Assembly: GCA_963676395.1 (NCBI GenBank)
Contig: OY781066.1
Span: 192,001 to 256,000, forward strand
From: a bacterium
Lineage (GTDB): Bacteria; Fidelibacterota; Fidelibacteria; Fidelibacterales; Fidelibacteraceae
DNA length: 64,000 nt
Direction: 5' to 3'
Shown: positions 8,640 through 17,991 of the stretch, one piece after another
How positions within the stretch are numbered: the stretch's first letter is position 1
How the letters are laid out: every line of letters begins with the position of its first letter
Notes under the pieces: model-generated
Seen by the model: the letters and a program-made list of their open reading frames with translations, nothing else
What the model was told of the DNA's origin: nothing
The model's database searches: none
Translations under genes and position numbers: made by a program

Positions 8640-8985
8640 GATGTCGCTCCTATGGAGCTATTGTTATTGATTCGTTTTTTCATACAAAGATATCGTCCCC
8701 ACGGGACTATTAGTATCGCTCTATTATTATTGATTCGTCCTTATTGCAAATATTCCGTCCCTATGGGACTGTAGGTTTTACTCCTACGGAGTAATTAAAT
8801 TATTGGGGATACCATTTTACAGACATTCCGTCCATACGGGACTATTTGTGTCGCTCCTACGGAGCTACTATTGCTGATTCGTTTTTCCTGCAAAAATGTC
8901 GTCCCTACGGCACTTTCTGTATCGCTCCGACTTAACCAGTTTATTGATTTGTTTTCCCTACAAAGATATCGCTCCTACGGAGCTT
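8640..8985. repeat. REP-like hairpin array right of tnpA (its 5' side)
   Basis: A at 8646, 8780, 8853, 8971 (collapsed at ~8718, truncated at ~8924); B at 8695, 8757, 8830, 8901. Confidence 0.9.
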
Positions 8986-9071
8986 TCATTGAATATTCGT
9001 TACATGAATAGATTCTTCAGAATGACACAGATTGGTGAGTAAGCGCCCCCTCTCTGCTCATAATTCTTAAC

Positions 9072-10169
9072 TCATATATTCCTAACGTAATAATCCCCCT
9101 TCCCCCTCTGTACATATCCCTTGATCTCAAGATCAAGAAGCACTTTTATAATCTCTGCTCTCTCTAAAGTACATTTTCCATAGATCATATCAATGTGTAC
9201 ACCTTCTTTATTTAAACATTTAAGAACCGCTTCCTCTTCAACTCCCAATTTTTTTTTCTTTGCCATCTCAATAAAAAGGTCTTTTTGTCCATTTAATTGA
9301 TCTTTAATAAATGGATATTCATCCAGAATATGTTCTGCTGTTGTTGCAAGTTTTGCCCCCAAACGTATCAAACGATGACAACCATTATGCTTACCTTTGA
9401 TAATATCACCCGGAACCGCATAAACATCTCGATTTTGATCGTTTGCATTGAAAGCGGTTACCAATGCGCCACTTTTGTCACCGGCTTGAACAACCAGGAT
9501 CCCCCTACTCAATCCACTAATTATGCGATTTCTACGAACAAAATGAGCCGGCACCTGATATCGACCAAATAAAGTCTCTGTACACACAACACCTTTAGCA
9601 CAAATATCATTATATAGCTGCTTATTTTCTGCAGGATAAATAATATCAAATGAGGTACCCATAACGGCTATAGTCCGTGCATGGTGATCCAATGCCGCCT
9701 TATGCGATATTGCATCAATACCTTTTGCCATTCCACTAACAATGCAAAGATCACTTTTAGCAATACCACTGGCAATATCGTAACACATCTGTTTGCCATA
9801 ATCATCAGGATAGCGCATACCGACTATTCCAAAAGCAGGATCATCTTGATCAGAAAATTCCCCTTTATATAACAATACGATTGGAGGATTATATATCTGA
9901 GCCAATATTTCAGGATAGTTCTCTTCCCCATAGGTCAAAATTTTAACCTTTTTCTTCTCTGAACATAATAATTGCATATCAACCATTTTGCGATATTCCT
10001 TATTAACGATAGCATTTGCCTGATATTCTGAGATCTCACTGACTTGCAATAAGGATTGCTTATCCTGATCAAGCACAGCCTCAGGAGAACCAAAATGATT
10101 TATCAAGGAAAAGTATGTCCGTGGACCTATATCATCAACGCAGGCTATGGATAGTGTAGAAATATTCAT
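9072..10169 (-). CDS. dprA: DNA-processing protein DprA/Smf
   Basis: YPEILAQIYNPPIVL, IVSGMAKGIDAISH, FVRRNRIISGLS, SGALVTA, VYAVPG, C-terminal winged helix. Confidence 0.95.
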   Translation of the reverse strand: MNISTLSIACVDDIGPRTYFSLINHFGSPEAVLDQDKQSLLQVSEISEYQANAIVNKEYRKMVDMQLLCSEKKKVKILTYGEENYPEILAQIYNPPIVLLYKGEFSDQDDPAFGIVGMRYPDDYGKQMCYDIASGIAKSDLCIVSGMAKGIDAISHKAALDHHARTIAVMGTSFDIIYPAENKQLYNDICAKGVVCTETLFGRYQVPAHFVRRNRIISGLSRGILVVQAGDKSGALVTAFNANDQNRDVYAVPGDIIKGKHNGCHRLIRLGAKLATTAEHILDEYPFIKDQLNGQKDLFIEMAKKKKLGVEEEAVLKCLNKEGVHIDMIYGKCTLERAEIIKVLLDLEIKGYVQRGKGDYYVRNI

Positions 10170-10324
10170 ATGAGCCTCAATTATCAATAAACATTGGCTT
10201 AACCTTGCTTATTGAGCTTTATATCTATGTCTTTGGGTGAGAATTTTTCCGCCCCCCTCACCATTGACATAAAAATTTAACTATCATCATATATTTTCAC
10301 AAATCAATATTTTTATCTTCACAA

Positions 10325-10346
10325 AAATGTGATGTGCATCACATTT
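10325..10346. promoter_or_regulatory. CRP/FNR-family-like operator palindrome upstream of dprA
   Basis: AAATGTGATGTGCATCACATTT = TGTGA-N6-TCACA with matching AAA/TTT flanks. Confidence 0.55.
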
Positions 10347-10357
10347 TAAATCATATA

Positions 10358-10382
10358 AAAAAAGCCACGAAATTCGTGGCTC
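10358..10382 (-). terminator. Intrinsic terminator after obgE
   Basis: AGCCACGAA-a-TTCGTGGCT hairpin next to an A-run (T-tail on minus strand). Confidence 0.7.
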
Positions 10383-10403
10383 ATTACTGCTAAATAAATA
10401 TTT

Positions 10404-11375
10404 CTATTCTACGTATTCCCCAAGCTTAAACAAAAGCTTGTCAATATTGATACGAGCAACGGATGAAATATGCAGCACATCAACATCTACCTCAAAATCA
10501 TCTTTATATTCAGTTTGATCTACTGAATCCATTTTTGTAACACATAAAAATCTGGGTTTATACGCCAATTCTTTGTTAAAAGAGGTCAACTCTTTCAAGA
10601 GAGTCTCATATGTGGTTTTAATATCTTCTTCATTTACATCTACCATAAATAGAAGCACCTGCGTTCTTTCGATATGACGTAAAAATTGATCTCCGAGCCC
10701 CTTACCAAGATGAGCACCTTCTATTAAACCTGGAATATCCGCCATAACAAAAGATTTAAAATCTCCGTATTTAACAATACCGAGATTTGGCACCAAAGTT
10801 GTAAAGGGATAATCTGCGATCTTCGGCTTTGCAGCCGAAATCGTCGATAGTAATGTACTTTTCCCTGCATTCGGAAATCCGACCAAGCCAACATCTGCTA
10901 AAATTTTAAGTTCAAGTTCCACGTTAATACTTTCACCGGGCAATCCAGGTTTTGAATATCTAGGGATCTTATTAATAGAATTGGCAAAATGCTGATTTCC
11001 CCAGCCTCCGCTACCACCTTTAGCGGCAATAAATTGTTCGCCATCTTCCACAAGATCTGCGATAATCTCATCACGCTCGAGATCTTTTACCAACGTACCT
11101 ACAGGAACTTTGATAATAATATCTTTTCCTTTTTTTCCGGAGCGATTGTTTCCCTCTCCGGGACTTCCGTTGTCCGCCTTATATTTTCTATGATAGCGAA
11201 TATCCTGAAGTGTGTGTAATTGCGAAGTGGCCAGAAGAATCACGGATCCGCCGTCACCGCCATCACCACCATCGGGACCACCCTTTGGCATGAATTTTTC
11301 ACGATGAAAACTAACACAACCGTTACCTCCGTTACCGGCGATGATCTCAATTTGTGCAAGATCTACAAATTTCAT
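10404..11375 (-). CDS. obgE: GTPase ObgE/CgtA
   Basis: Gly-rich N-terminus GGPDGGDGGDGG, GFPNAGKST, DYPFTTL, DIPGLIEGA. Confidence 0.97.
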   Translation of the reverse strand: MKFVDLAQIEIIAGNGGNGCVSFHREKFMPKGGPDGGDGGDGGSVILLATSQLHTLQDIRYHRKYKADNGSPGEGNNRSGKKGKDIIIKVPVGTLVKDLERDEIIADLVEDGEQFIAAKGGSGGWGNQHFANSINKIPRYSKPGLPGESINVELELKILADVGLVGFPNAGKSTLLSTISAAKPKIADYPFTTLVPNLGIVKYGDFKSFVMADIPGLIEGAHLGKGLGDQFLRHIERTQVLLFMVDVNEEDIKTTYETLLKELTSFNKELAYKPRFLCVTKMDSVDQTEYKDDFEVDVDVLHISSVARINIDKLLFKLGEYVE

Positions 11376-11466
11376 GCCTTTTCCTTTTTTTACTTTTCCA
11401 GTCTTAATAAAATCAGGGTTGAAAGCTCAAGTTTAAGCTCTCAACCCCTCGTTAATCTTAATCTAA

Positions 11467-12450
11467 TTACTTAACCTGCAAAGCGGCTACTGCTGTCAAA
11501 TTAACAACATCTTCCGCGGAACAACCACGAGACAGATCATGAATAGGTTTATTCATACCTTGTAGAATGGGGCCGACCGCTTCGTAACCGGCAAAACGCT
11601 GAACCAGCTTATAGCCAATATTACCGGCATTTAGGTCCGGAAATATTAAAACATTTGCTTTTCCGGCTACTTCCGAACCCGGAGCTTTTTTCATACCGAC
11701 TTTTTCAACGATCGCGGCATCTGCCTGCATTTCACCATCAATCTTTAAACCGGGTGCAGTTTTATGTGCAATTTGATAAGCTTTTTGAACTTTTTCTACC
11801 AACTCGTGCCTTGCGGACCCCATAGTAGAAAATGATAATAATGCCACATGAGGTTCTTCGTTAAAAATAGCTTTATGTGTTTCAGCGGTACCCAATGCAA
11901 TTTCAGCTAACTGTTCAGCCGTAGGATCGGGATTTACAGCACAATCAGCAAACGACAAAGGAGGGCGATCGTCCGGAGAGAACATTAACATATCTGATGA
12001 CATAGTTGATACGCCTGGAGCGGTTTTAACGATTTGCAGTCCCGCTCTTAAAACATGAGCGGTGGGGTTTAGAGCACCTGAGATACATATATCAGCACGA
12101 TCCATTCTTAACATCATAGCAGCAAAAAATGTAGGATCTGCCATGATATCGCGTGCACGTTCGGGAGTCATGCCCTTTTTCTTGCGAAGCTCCACATATT
12201 CAGTAACATAAGCTTCAAAATCCGGATCTTGTTCCGGATCCACCTGATCAACACCATCCAAATATACACCGGCTTCACTGGCGGCAGATAATAGTTCTTC
12301 TTCTGTTCCGAGGATCGTAACTCGGGCGATATTTTCTTTCGCGATCTCTGCAGCCGCAGCTGCAATGCGCGGGTCTTTTCCTTCGGGAAGCACAACATGA
12401 ACATCAGTCTCTTTGATGGCACGGGCTCTCAGGCGTTCAAGAGGGGTCAT
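11467..12450 (-). CDS. pta: Phosphate acetyltransferase
   Basis: VVLPEG, FADCAVNPDP, ALLSFST, DGEMQADAA, FPDLNAGNIGYK, DLSRGCS. Confidence 0.95.
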   Translation of the reverse strand: MTPLERLRARAIKETDVHVVLPEGKDPRIAAAAAEIAKENIARVTILGTEEELLSAASEAGVYLDGVDQVDPEQDPDFEAYVTEYVELRKKKGMTPERARDIMADPTFFAAMMLRMDRADICISGALNPTAHVLRAGLQIVKTAPGVSTMSSDMLMFSPDDRPPLSFADCAVNPDPTAEQLAEIALGTAETHKAIFNEEPHVALLSFSTMGSARHELVEKVQKAYQIAHKTAPGLKIDGEMQADAAIVEKVGMKKAPGSEVAGKANVLIFPDLNAGNIGYKLVQRFAGYEAVGPILQGMNKPIHDLSRGCSAEDVVNLTAVAALQVK

Positions 12451-12941
12451 TCTTTCTCCTTAATCTCAAATTTATTTATTAATTTTTCCTTCACATGCTC
12501 AGGTACAAAGCAGGATACATCTCCACCAAAAGTAGCGATCTCCTTGATCATGGAAGAACTTAAGTATGTATATTTTTCTTTAGGCATAAGAAAAACAGAT
12601 TCAACATCTTTGCCGATCTTTCTATTTAACAATGCCATTTGAAATTCATATTCGAAATCCGAAACCGCTCGTAAGCCTCTGATAAGTGCAGTCGCACCTT
12701 GTTGTTGGCAGTATTCGACAATAAGACCCGAAAACAGATCAACTTCAACGTTGGGGATCTTTTTTACTGCCTTAGCGATCATATCTTTTCTTTCCTCCAT
12801 TGTAAACAATGGAGATTTACCTGTATTCATAGCAACGGCAACAATAACTTTATCAAATAGTTTTGCCGCTCTTTTAATAATATCAAGATGACCATTCGTA
12901 ATGGGATCGAACGTACCGGGATAGATCGCAATTTGACTCAT
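12447..12941 (-). CDS. coaD: Pantetheine-phosphate adenylyltransferase
   Basis: YPGTFDPITNGH, RGLRAVSDFEYE, SSSMIKE; GGAGG RBS before ATG 12941. Confidence 0.97.
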   Translation of the reverse strand: MSQIAIYPGTFDPITNGHLDIIKRAAKLFDKVIVAVAMNTGKSPLFTMEERKDMIAKAVKKIPNVEVDLFSGLIVEYCQQQGATALIRGLRAVSDFEYEFQMALLNRKIGKDVESVFLMPKEKYTYLSSSMIKEIATFGGDVSCFVPEHVKEKLINKFEIKEKE

Positions 12942-13112
12942 ACTTCCTCCGTGCTCAAAACTTGCAAAGTTACAATTTTTTTCAGCGCAGAACAACATAA
13001 TATCATCACTGAATAGCCTAGGGTTTAAGCCCAAGGTTACTAAATGTATTTTTATGGCAAATATATTATTTTAGCATTTTGATTCGCGACTTATATATAA
13101 TAAATTTCTGAG

Positions 13113-15605
13113 ATGCTTAGAACTATAAAAAAATCGATCATTATTTCACTGGCGATATTTATCTTTATCGCTCTCGTCGGTGTAGCGGGGATCTACTATT
13201 TTTCCCAAGATCTACCAAGTCTTGAAGAGCTAGAACAATTCGAACCCGATATTGTCTCAACAGTTTATTCTTCCGATGGTAGAATTCTAACGGAATTCGG
13301 GATAAAAAACAGAACCCTGGTTCCACTTGATTCTATACCCGATTATGTTAAAGATGCAATTCTTTCTACAGAAGATAAGAAGTTCTACGATCATTGGGGT
13401 ATGGATATGCGCCGTTTTTTCCAAGCTGTATACCTCAATATTGCCAATGGTTTCGGCTCTCAAGGTGCTTCTACTCTGACCCAGCAGTTAGCAAGAACCT
13501 TGCACCTGAATCGTCAGGAAACCATCACTCGTAAAATTCAGGAATTGATCGTAGCTATTCTCATTGAGCGATCTTATTCAAAGACCGAAATCCTTGAAAT
13601 GTACTTGAATTCCTGTTTTTGGGGCCATGGCTGCTATGGTATCCAAGCTGCAACAGATTATTATTTCCAAAAAGAAGTGGCAGACCTGACTCTGGACGAA
13701 TCCGCCATGCTCATTGGAATACTACCTGCACCAACTCCCTGGTCACCAAGATTCCACCATGATAAAGCTATTTGGCGTAGAAATCTTGTTTTAAGGAATA
13801 TGGTTCGGAACAAGAAGATCAATCAACAGCAATTCATGGATGCACTATCATCCGAGACACCTGTTGAATATATTGAAAACAGTTCTATCGCTCCCTATTT
13901 TACCGAATATGTGCGTTTAGAAGTTGCAAAATATTGCCGTAAACAAGGCATAGATTATTATCGTGATGGTTTACAGATCTTTACAACCTTAAATTATGAC
14001 ATGCAAACGATCGCTAGAGATGCTATTGCTATTCGTCTGGCTGAACAACAAAAGATCTTAGACAATAGCCTTTTAAGTAGTCCTGATTTCTTAATGAAAA
14101 TATACAGTCAGTATTATCCAAACCAAGCTCTGCCTTTAAGTTTTTTCTCGAATTATACGATCATTGCGATTAAACCCAGGAACGATATACCTCATCAGAC
14201 TGACAGTCCAATTGCTTTTAATCAGTACGATCTTAATATTGATTCCACTTCAAGTCAAGATTCTCTTTTCGTTAAGGAATTCACCAATGAATTCGGTAAA
14301 GATTCATTGTCATTGTTTGAATCAATGATCGATCTTTTACCTGATAACGAAAAAGAAAAACTTGTTAAGAATACTTGGGATCCATTCACATATGACACAC
14401 TATATCGTGATACAACCCTATATTCATATTTCTTGAATGATTCACTTCAAAGAGATTCATTGACCTTTGATCAAGACACATGGTTTACCATTGTTGTTGA
14501 TTCCACCTCTCTGGTAATGGACTCTTTATTATCTGCTTTGCCATTAAAACCGAAAACCGTTCAGGCTTCTTTATTCTCTATGGATCCGGGAACGGGAGCT
14601 ATTCGTGCTATGATAGGTGGCCGTAACTTTGAAGAATCAAAGTTTAATCGTGCTGTACAAGCTCAAAGGCAACCCGGTTCAACCTTTAAGCCTTTTGTTT
14701 ATACATCAGTAATTGATAATGGTTATTCACCCTCAACACAATTATTAAATCAACCACCAGCAATCCCTCAAGCCGATGGAAATCTTTGGATTCCAAAAAA
14801 TTTCGACAACAGTACAGGCGGATTGATGACACTTAGAAACGGTTTAATGAACTCTGTCAACTTGATCGCTGCAAATGCCATTACTCAGTTAACTACACCT
14901 GAGGTTGTTATATCCTATGCGAAAAAGATGGGTATTACATCTGAATTACCTGCCTACCCTTCTCTGGCTTTAGGGTCAGGTGAAGTATTACTGAATGATA
15001 TGGTTTCAGCCTATTCGGTTTTTGCCAATAAAGGCATCTGGAATTTACCATATGCAATTGAGCGCATTCTTGATAGAAACGGTCGGGAGATCTACCGTTC
15101 ACCTCGTGAAACACGTGAAATCCTTTCACCTGAGACAACCTATTTAATGGTCGACATGCTTAAATCGGTTGTTAAAAAAGGCACAGGTAAAGCTATTGCC
15201 AGAGATTATAACTTCAGAATTCCCATTGGTGGAAAAACAGGTACGACCAATGATTATACTGATGCATGGTTTGTGGGTTTTACACCCATGCTTGCAACCG
15301 GTGTTTGGGTAGGTGTTGATGATTCTCGGATTCCTTTAGGGAAAAAACAATCCGGTGGGAAAGCCGCATTACCGATATGGGCACATTTCATGAAAAACGC
15401 GTATCAAAAATTAGATATTCCCGTTTTGGATTTTGATCAACCTCCCACGGTAAGAAAATTCAAGATCTGTAAAGAAACCAAACTTATTCCAACACCTTTT
15501 TGCCCAGTAGAATACGAGTTATTCAATGTTCGTTATGCTCCCAAAGAAGAATGCCAAGTCCACGGATATGGCGTTTTCCAAGAAGAAGAAAGCGCAGATT
15601 TTTAA
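13113..15605 (+). CDS. Class A penicillin-binding protein (PBP1A family)
   Basis: TG motifs EDKKFYDHWG and GASTLTQQL; TP motifs STFK, SVN, KTGT. Confidence 0.93.
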   Translation: MLRTIKKSIIISLAIFIFIALVGVAGIYYFSQDLPSLEELEQFEPDIVSTVYSSDGRILTEFGIKNRTLVPLDSIPDYVKDAILSTEDKKFYDHWGMDMRRFFQAVYLNIANGFGSQGASTLTQQLARTLHLNRQETITRKIQELIVAILIERSYSKTEILEMYLNSCFWGHGCYGIQAATDYYFQKEVADLTLDESAMLIGILPAPTPWSPRFHHDKAIWRRNLVLRNMVRNKKINQQQFMDALSSETPVEYIENSSIAPYFTEYVRLEVAKYCRKQGIDYYRDGLQIFTTLNYDMQTIARDAIAIRLAEQQKILDNSLLSSPDFLMKIYSQYYPNQALPLSFFSNYTIIAIKPRNDIPHQTDSPIAFNQYDLNIDSTSSQDSLFVKEFTNEFGKDSLSLFESMIDLLPDNEKEKLVKNTWDPFTYDTLYRDTTLYSYFLNDSLQRDSLTFDQDTWFTIVVDSTSLVMDSLLSALPLKPKTVQASLFSMDPGTGAIRAMIGGRNFEESKFNRAVQAQRQPGSTFKPFVYTSVIDNGYSPSTQLLNQPPAIPQADGNLWIPKNFDNSTGGLMTLRNGLMNSVNLIAANAITQLTTPEVVISYAKKMGITSELPAYPSLALGSGEVLLNDMVSAYSVFANKGIWNLPYAIERILDRNGREIYRSPRETREILSPETTYLMVDMLKSVVKKGTGKAIARDYNFRIPIGGKTGTTNDYTDAWFVGFTPMLATGVWVGVDDSRIPLGKKQSGGKAALPIWAHFMKNAYQKLDIPVLDFDQPPTVRKFKICKETKLIPTPFCPVEYELFNVRYAPKEECQVHGYGVFQEEESADF

Positions 15606-15694
15606 CCTCGCTCCACTCTCACATAAAAAAGGAAAAAGTTAAAAGCTAAAAGAAGATTAAATATCTTATATCCAGCAATTAACCATGAAAATAA

Positions 15695-15895
15695 ATGACG
15701 ACTATATCAGGTACTATTCGTAAAAACATCCATATTGGTTTAGAGGTTGAAATTGTTCAAAAACATCATCAAAGAACAGGGGACTTAACCTGGGGCATCG
15801 TAAAGCGAATCTTAACGAACTCAACTTCACACCCTCATGGCATTAAAGTCCAGCTTATGGATGGTAAAATTGGTCGAGTGAAAAACATTCTTTAA
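15695..15895 (+). CDS. YwbE-family protein (DUF2196)
   Basis: QRTGDLTWGIVKRILT...HPHGIKVQLMDGKIGRV. Confidence 0.85.
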   Translation: MTTISGTIRKNIHIGLEVEIVQKHHQRTGDLTWGIVKRILTNSTSHPHGIKVQLMDGKIGRVKNIL

Positions 15896-15919
15896 TACTT
15901 TTCCCACAGGAGCTTAAAA

Positions 15920-16381
15920 ATGAAAATTTGGGTTGATGCCGATGCTTGTCCCAACGCTGTCAAGCAAGTCATTTACAAAGTTGCCCTACGTCGTAAGATC
16001 CATGTTACACTCGTTGCAAATCAATTTATGCGCATACCAAAATCCGATCTCTTTAATTTCATTCAAGTAGGACATGGTTTTAACGAAGCAGATGAAAAAA
16101 TTGTTGAGCTGATCGATAAAAATGATCTCGTTATTACGGCAGACATTCCCTTTGCTTCGGATGTCATTAAAAAAGAGGCTATTGCTTTAAATCCTCGAGG
16201 AGAACTATATACCGAAGATAATATTCAAGCTCGTTTAAGCATGCGAGACTTTATGGAGACCCTTCGCATGGGGGGAATGATTAACGGCGGTCCTGCGCCT
16301 TTAGATAAGCATAATATTCAAGATTTCACCAATGCATTGGATAAATATCTTACTCAAGCTGAGAAAAACAAACAAATATAA
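15920..16381 (+). CDS. YaiI/YqxD-family protein (DUF188)
   Basis: IWVDADACP, DLVITADIP, NPRGELYT. Confidence 0.9.
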   Translation: MKIWVDADACPNAVKQVIYKVALRRKIHVTLVANQFMRIPKSDLFNFIQVGHGFNEADEKIVELIDKNDLVITADIPFASDVIKKEAIALNPRGELYTEDNIQARLSMRDFMETLRMGGMINGGPAPLDKHNIQDFTNALDKYLTQAEKNKQI

Positions 16382-16490
16382 AATACCCGATCACCTAATT
16401 TTAATCGGCAGTATGATAAAATCACGTTTCTCTGGAATAGACATGCCTATTCCAGACAGGTTAAAAGCACAAATAAATCTTATAATATCA

Positions 16491-16520
16491 AAAAAAGCCT
16501 CGGATTCTACTCCAAGGCTT
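16491..16520 (-). terminator. Probable terminator after glyQS
   Basis: AAAAAAGCCTCGGA...TCCAAGGCTT hairpin with A-run. Confidence 0.55.
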
Positions 16521-16593
16521 GATCTATATAACGGATAATCAAGCATTCGACAAATTACATCTACCTTTGGGTATCTGCACTAGCCGAAAGGTC

Positions 16594-17913
16594 TTATTCG
16601 TTTACTTTCTGAATAATCTTTGCTACGATCTCATCCATAGGAACACGTTCCTGAACAAGTGAATCGCGATAACGGAGTGTAACGCAATTATCTTCAAGAG
16701 ATTCATGGTCTACGGTAACACAGAAAGGTGTTCCGATCTCATCCTGACGGCGATAACGTTTACCAATAGAGCCACCATCATCATATACGCTGGCAACATG
16801 CTTGCGTAGCTTATCATATAGGTCGCGAGCAACTTCAGGCATACCGGCTTTTTTGAACAATGGAAATACCGCTACTTTAAATGGCGCTACTTTGGGTGAA
16901 AAGCGCATTACAATGCGATCATTCTCTTCATCTTCCCAGTAAGCATCTGTCATAATCATCAAAACGGTACGGTCAACACCGGCAGAGGTCTCGATCACAG
17001 AAGGTACGATTTTTGCACCGCGGTTTTCCTGATCAACATAGTGTATCTTTTTCTTCGAATGTTCTATATGTTGATCCAAATCATATGTTCCACGATCTGC
17101 AATCCCTTCGATCTCTGAAAAACCATACGGAAACTCATATTCAACGTCATAACAAGCCGAAGAATAGTGAGCCAACTCATCGTCACCATGAGGGCGTAAT
17201 TGGAGCTTCTCGGGCGTAATACCAAGTGATTTAAACCAATTTAAGCGCTCTTGTGACCAATATTCCAACCATTTATCCGCTTCTTCGGGACGAATAAAGA
17301 ATTCCATTTCCATTTGTTCAAATTCACGTGTACGGAAAATAAAGTTACCTGTGGTAATTTCGTTACGGAAAGCTTTACCCAACTGCCCGATACCAAAAGG
17401 TAATTTCACGCGGTTTGTCGCCACAACATTGTTAAAATTCACAAAAATACCTTGTGCGGTTTCGGGGCGTAGATATACATCCATCGCACCTTCATCGGTA
17501 GAACCGAGTTTAGTTTTAAACATCAGGTTAAACTGTTTGGGTTCTGCTAACTCACCTCCACATGAAGGGCATTCTGTTGTATCTTCGGGCAAGTGATCCA
17601 CGCGGTAACGTTTTTTACATTTTTTGCATTCGGTCATGGGATCATGAAAGTTCACAACATGACCTGAAGCTTCCCAGACTTTAGGATGCATTAAAATAGC
17701 ACAATCCATTCCCAAAACATTATCTCGGGAAGTGATCATTTCCTGCCACCATAAATTTTTAACATTTCTTTTTAACTCAACGCCCATAGGGCCGTAATCA
17801 TATACGGCATTAATACCATCATAGATCTCTGAACTCTGAAACAGAAATCCACGGCGGCGTGACAAGGCAACCAATTTTTCCATCAAGGGATAAGACATGG
17901 GTTTTTGGGACAT
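16594..17913 (-). CDS. glyQS: Glycine--tRNA ligase (alpha2 type)
   Basis: YDYGPMG, YLRPETAQGIF, FRTREFEQME, GSIGKRYRRQDEIGTPF. Confidence 0.96.
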   Translation of the reverse strand: MSQKPMSYPLMEKLVALSRRRGFLFQSSEIYDGINAVYDYGPMGVELKRNVKNLWWQEMITSRDNVLGMDCAILMHPKVWEASGHVVNFHDPMTECKKCKKRYRVDHLPEDTTECPSCGGELAEPKQFNLMFKTKLGSTDEGAMDVYLRPETAQGIFVNFNNVVATNRVKLPFGIGQLGKAFRNEITTGNFIFRTREFEQMEMEFFIRPEEADKWLEYWSQERLNWFKSLGITPEKLQLRPHGDDELAHYSSACYDVEYEFPYGFSEIEGIADRGTYDLDQHIEHSKKKIHYVDQENRGAKIVPSVIETSAGVDRTVLMIMTDAYWEDEENDRIVMRFSPKVAPFKVAVFPLFKKAGMPEVARDLYDKLRKHVASVYDDGGSIGKRYRRQDEIGTPFCVTVDHESLEDNCVTLRYRDSLVQERVPMDEIVAKIIQKVNE

Positions 17914-17956
17914 ATTTAACTCTTTCGCATTTTATTTAATTTTTATTTCAATTGCC

Positions 17957-17981
17957 GGGAACGGTCGCGACCATTCCTTAC
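17957..17981 (-). repeat. REP-like palindrome, GTAAGGAA family
   Basis: Minus strand reads GTAAGGAATGGTCGCGACCGTTCCC. Confidence 0.6.
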
Positions 17982-17991
17982 ACTGATTAAA

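Larger units (their letters stand above)
7482..8985. mobile_element. REPtron-like locus: Y1 transposase flanked on both sides by cognate hairpin arrays
   Basis: Combination of tnpA and ~25 related hairpins filling both intergenic flanks. Confidence 0.7.

Noticed and set aside
7482..8985. CRISPR array interpretation of the periodic repeats
   Set aside because: Repeats are two alternating 13-bp hairpins, long linkers resemble one another and recur on both flanks, orientation flips, and no cas genes are in the window.
9010..9027. AGATTCTTCAGAATGACA, similar to TTCAGGATGACA at ~51908-51919 (possible further repeat family)
   Set aside because: Only two short degenerate matches, too little to define a family.
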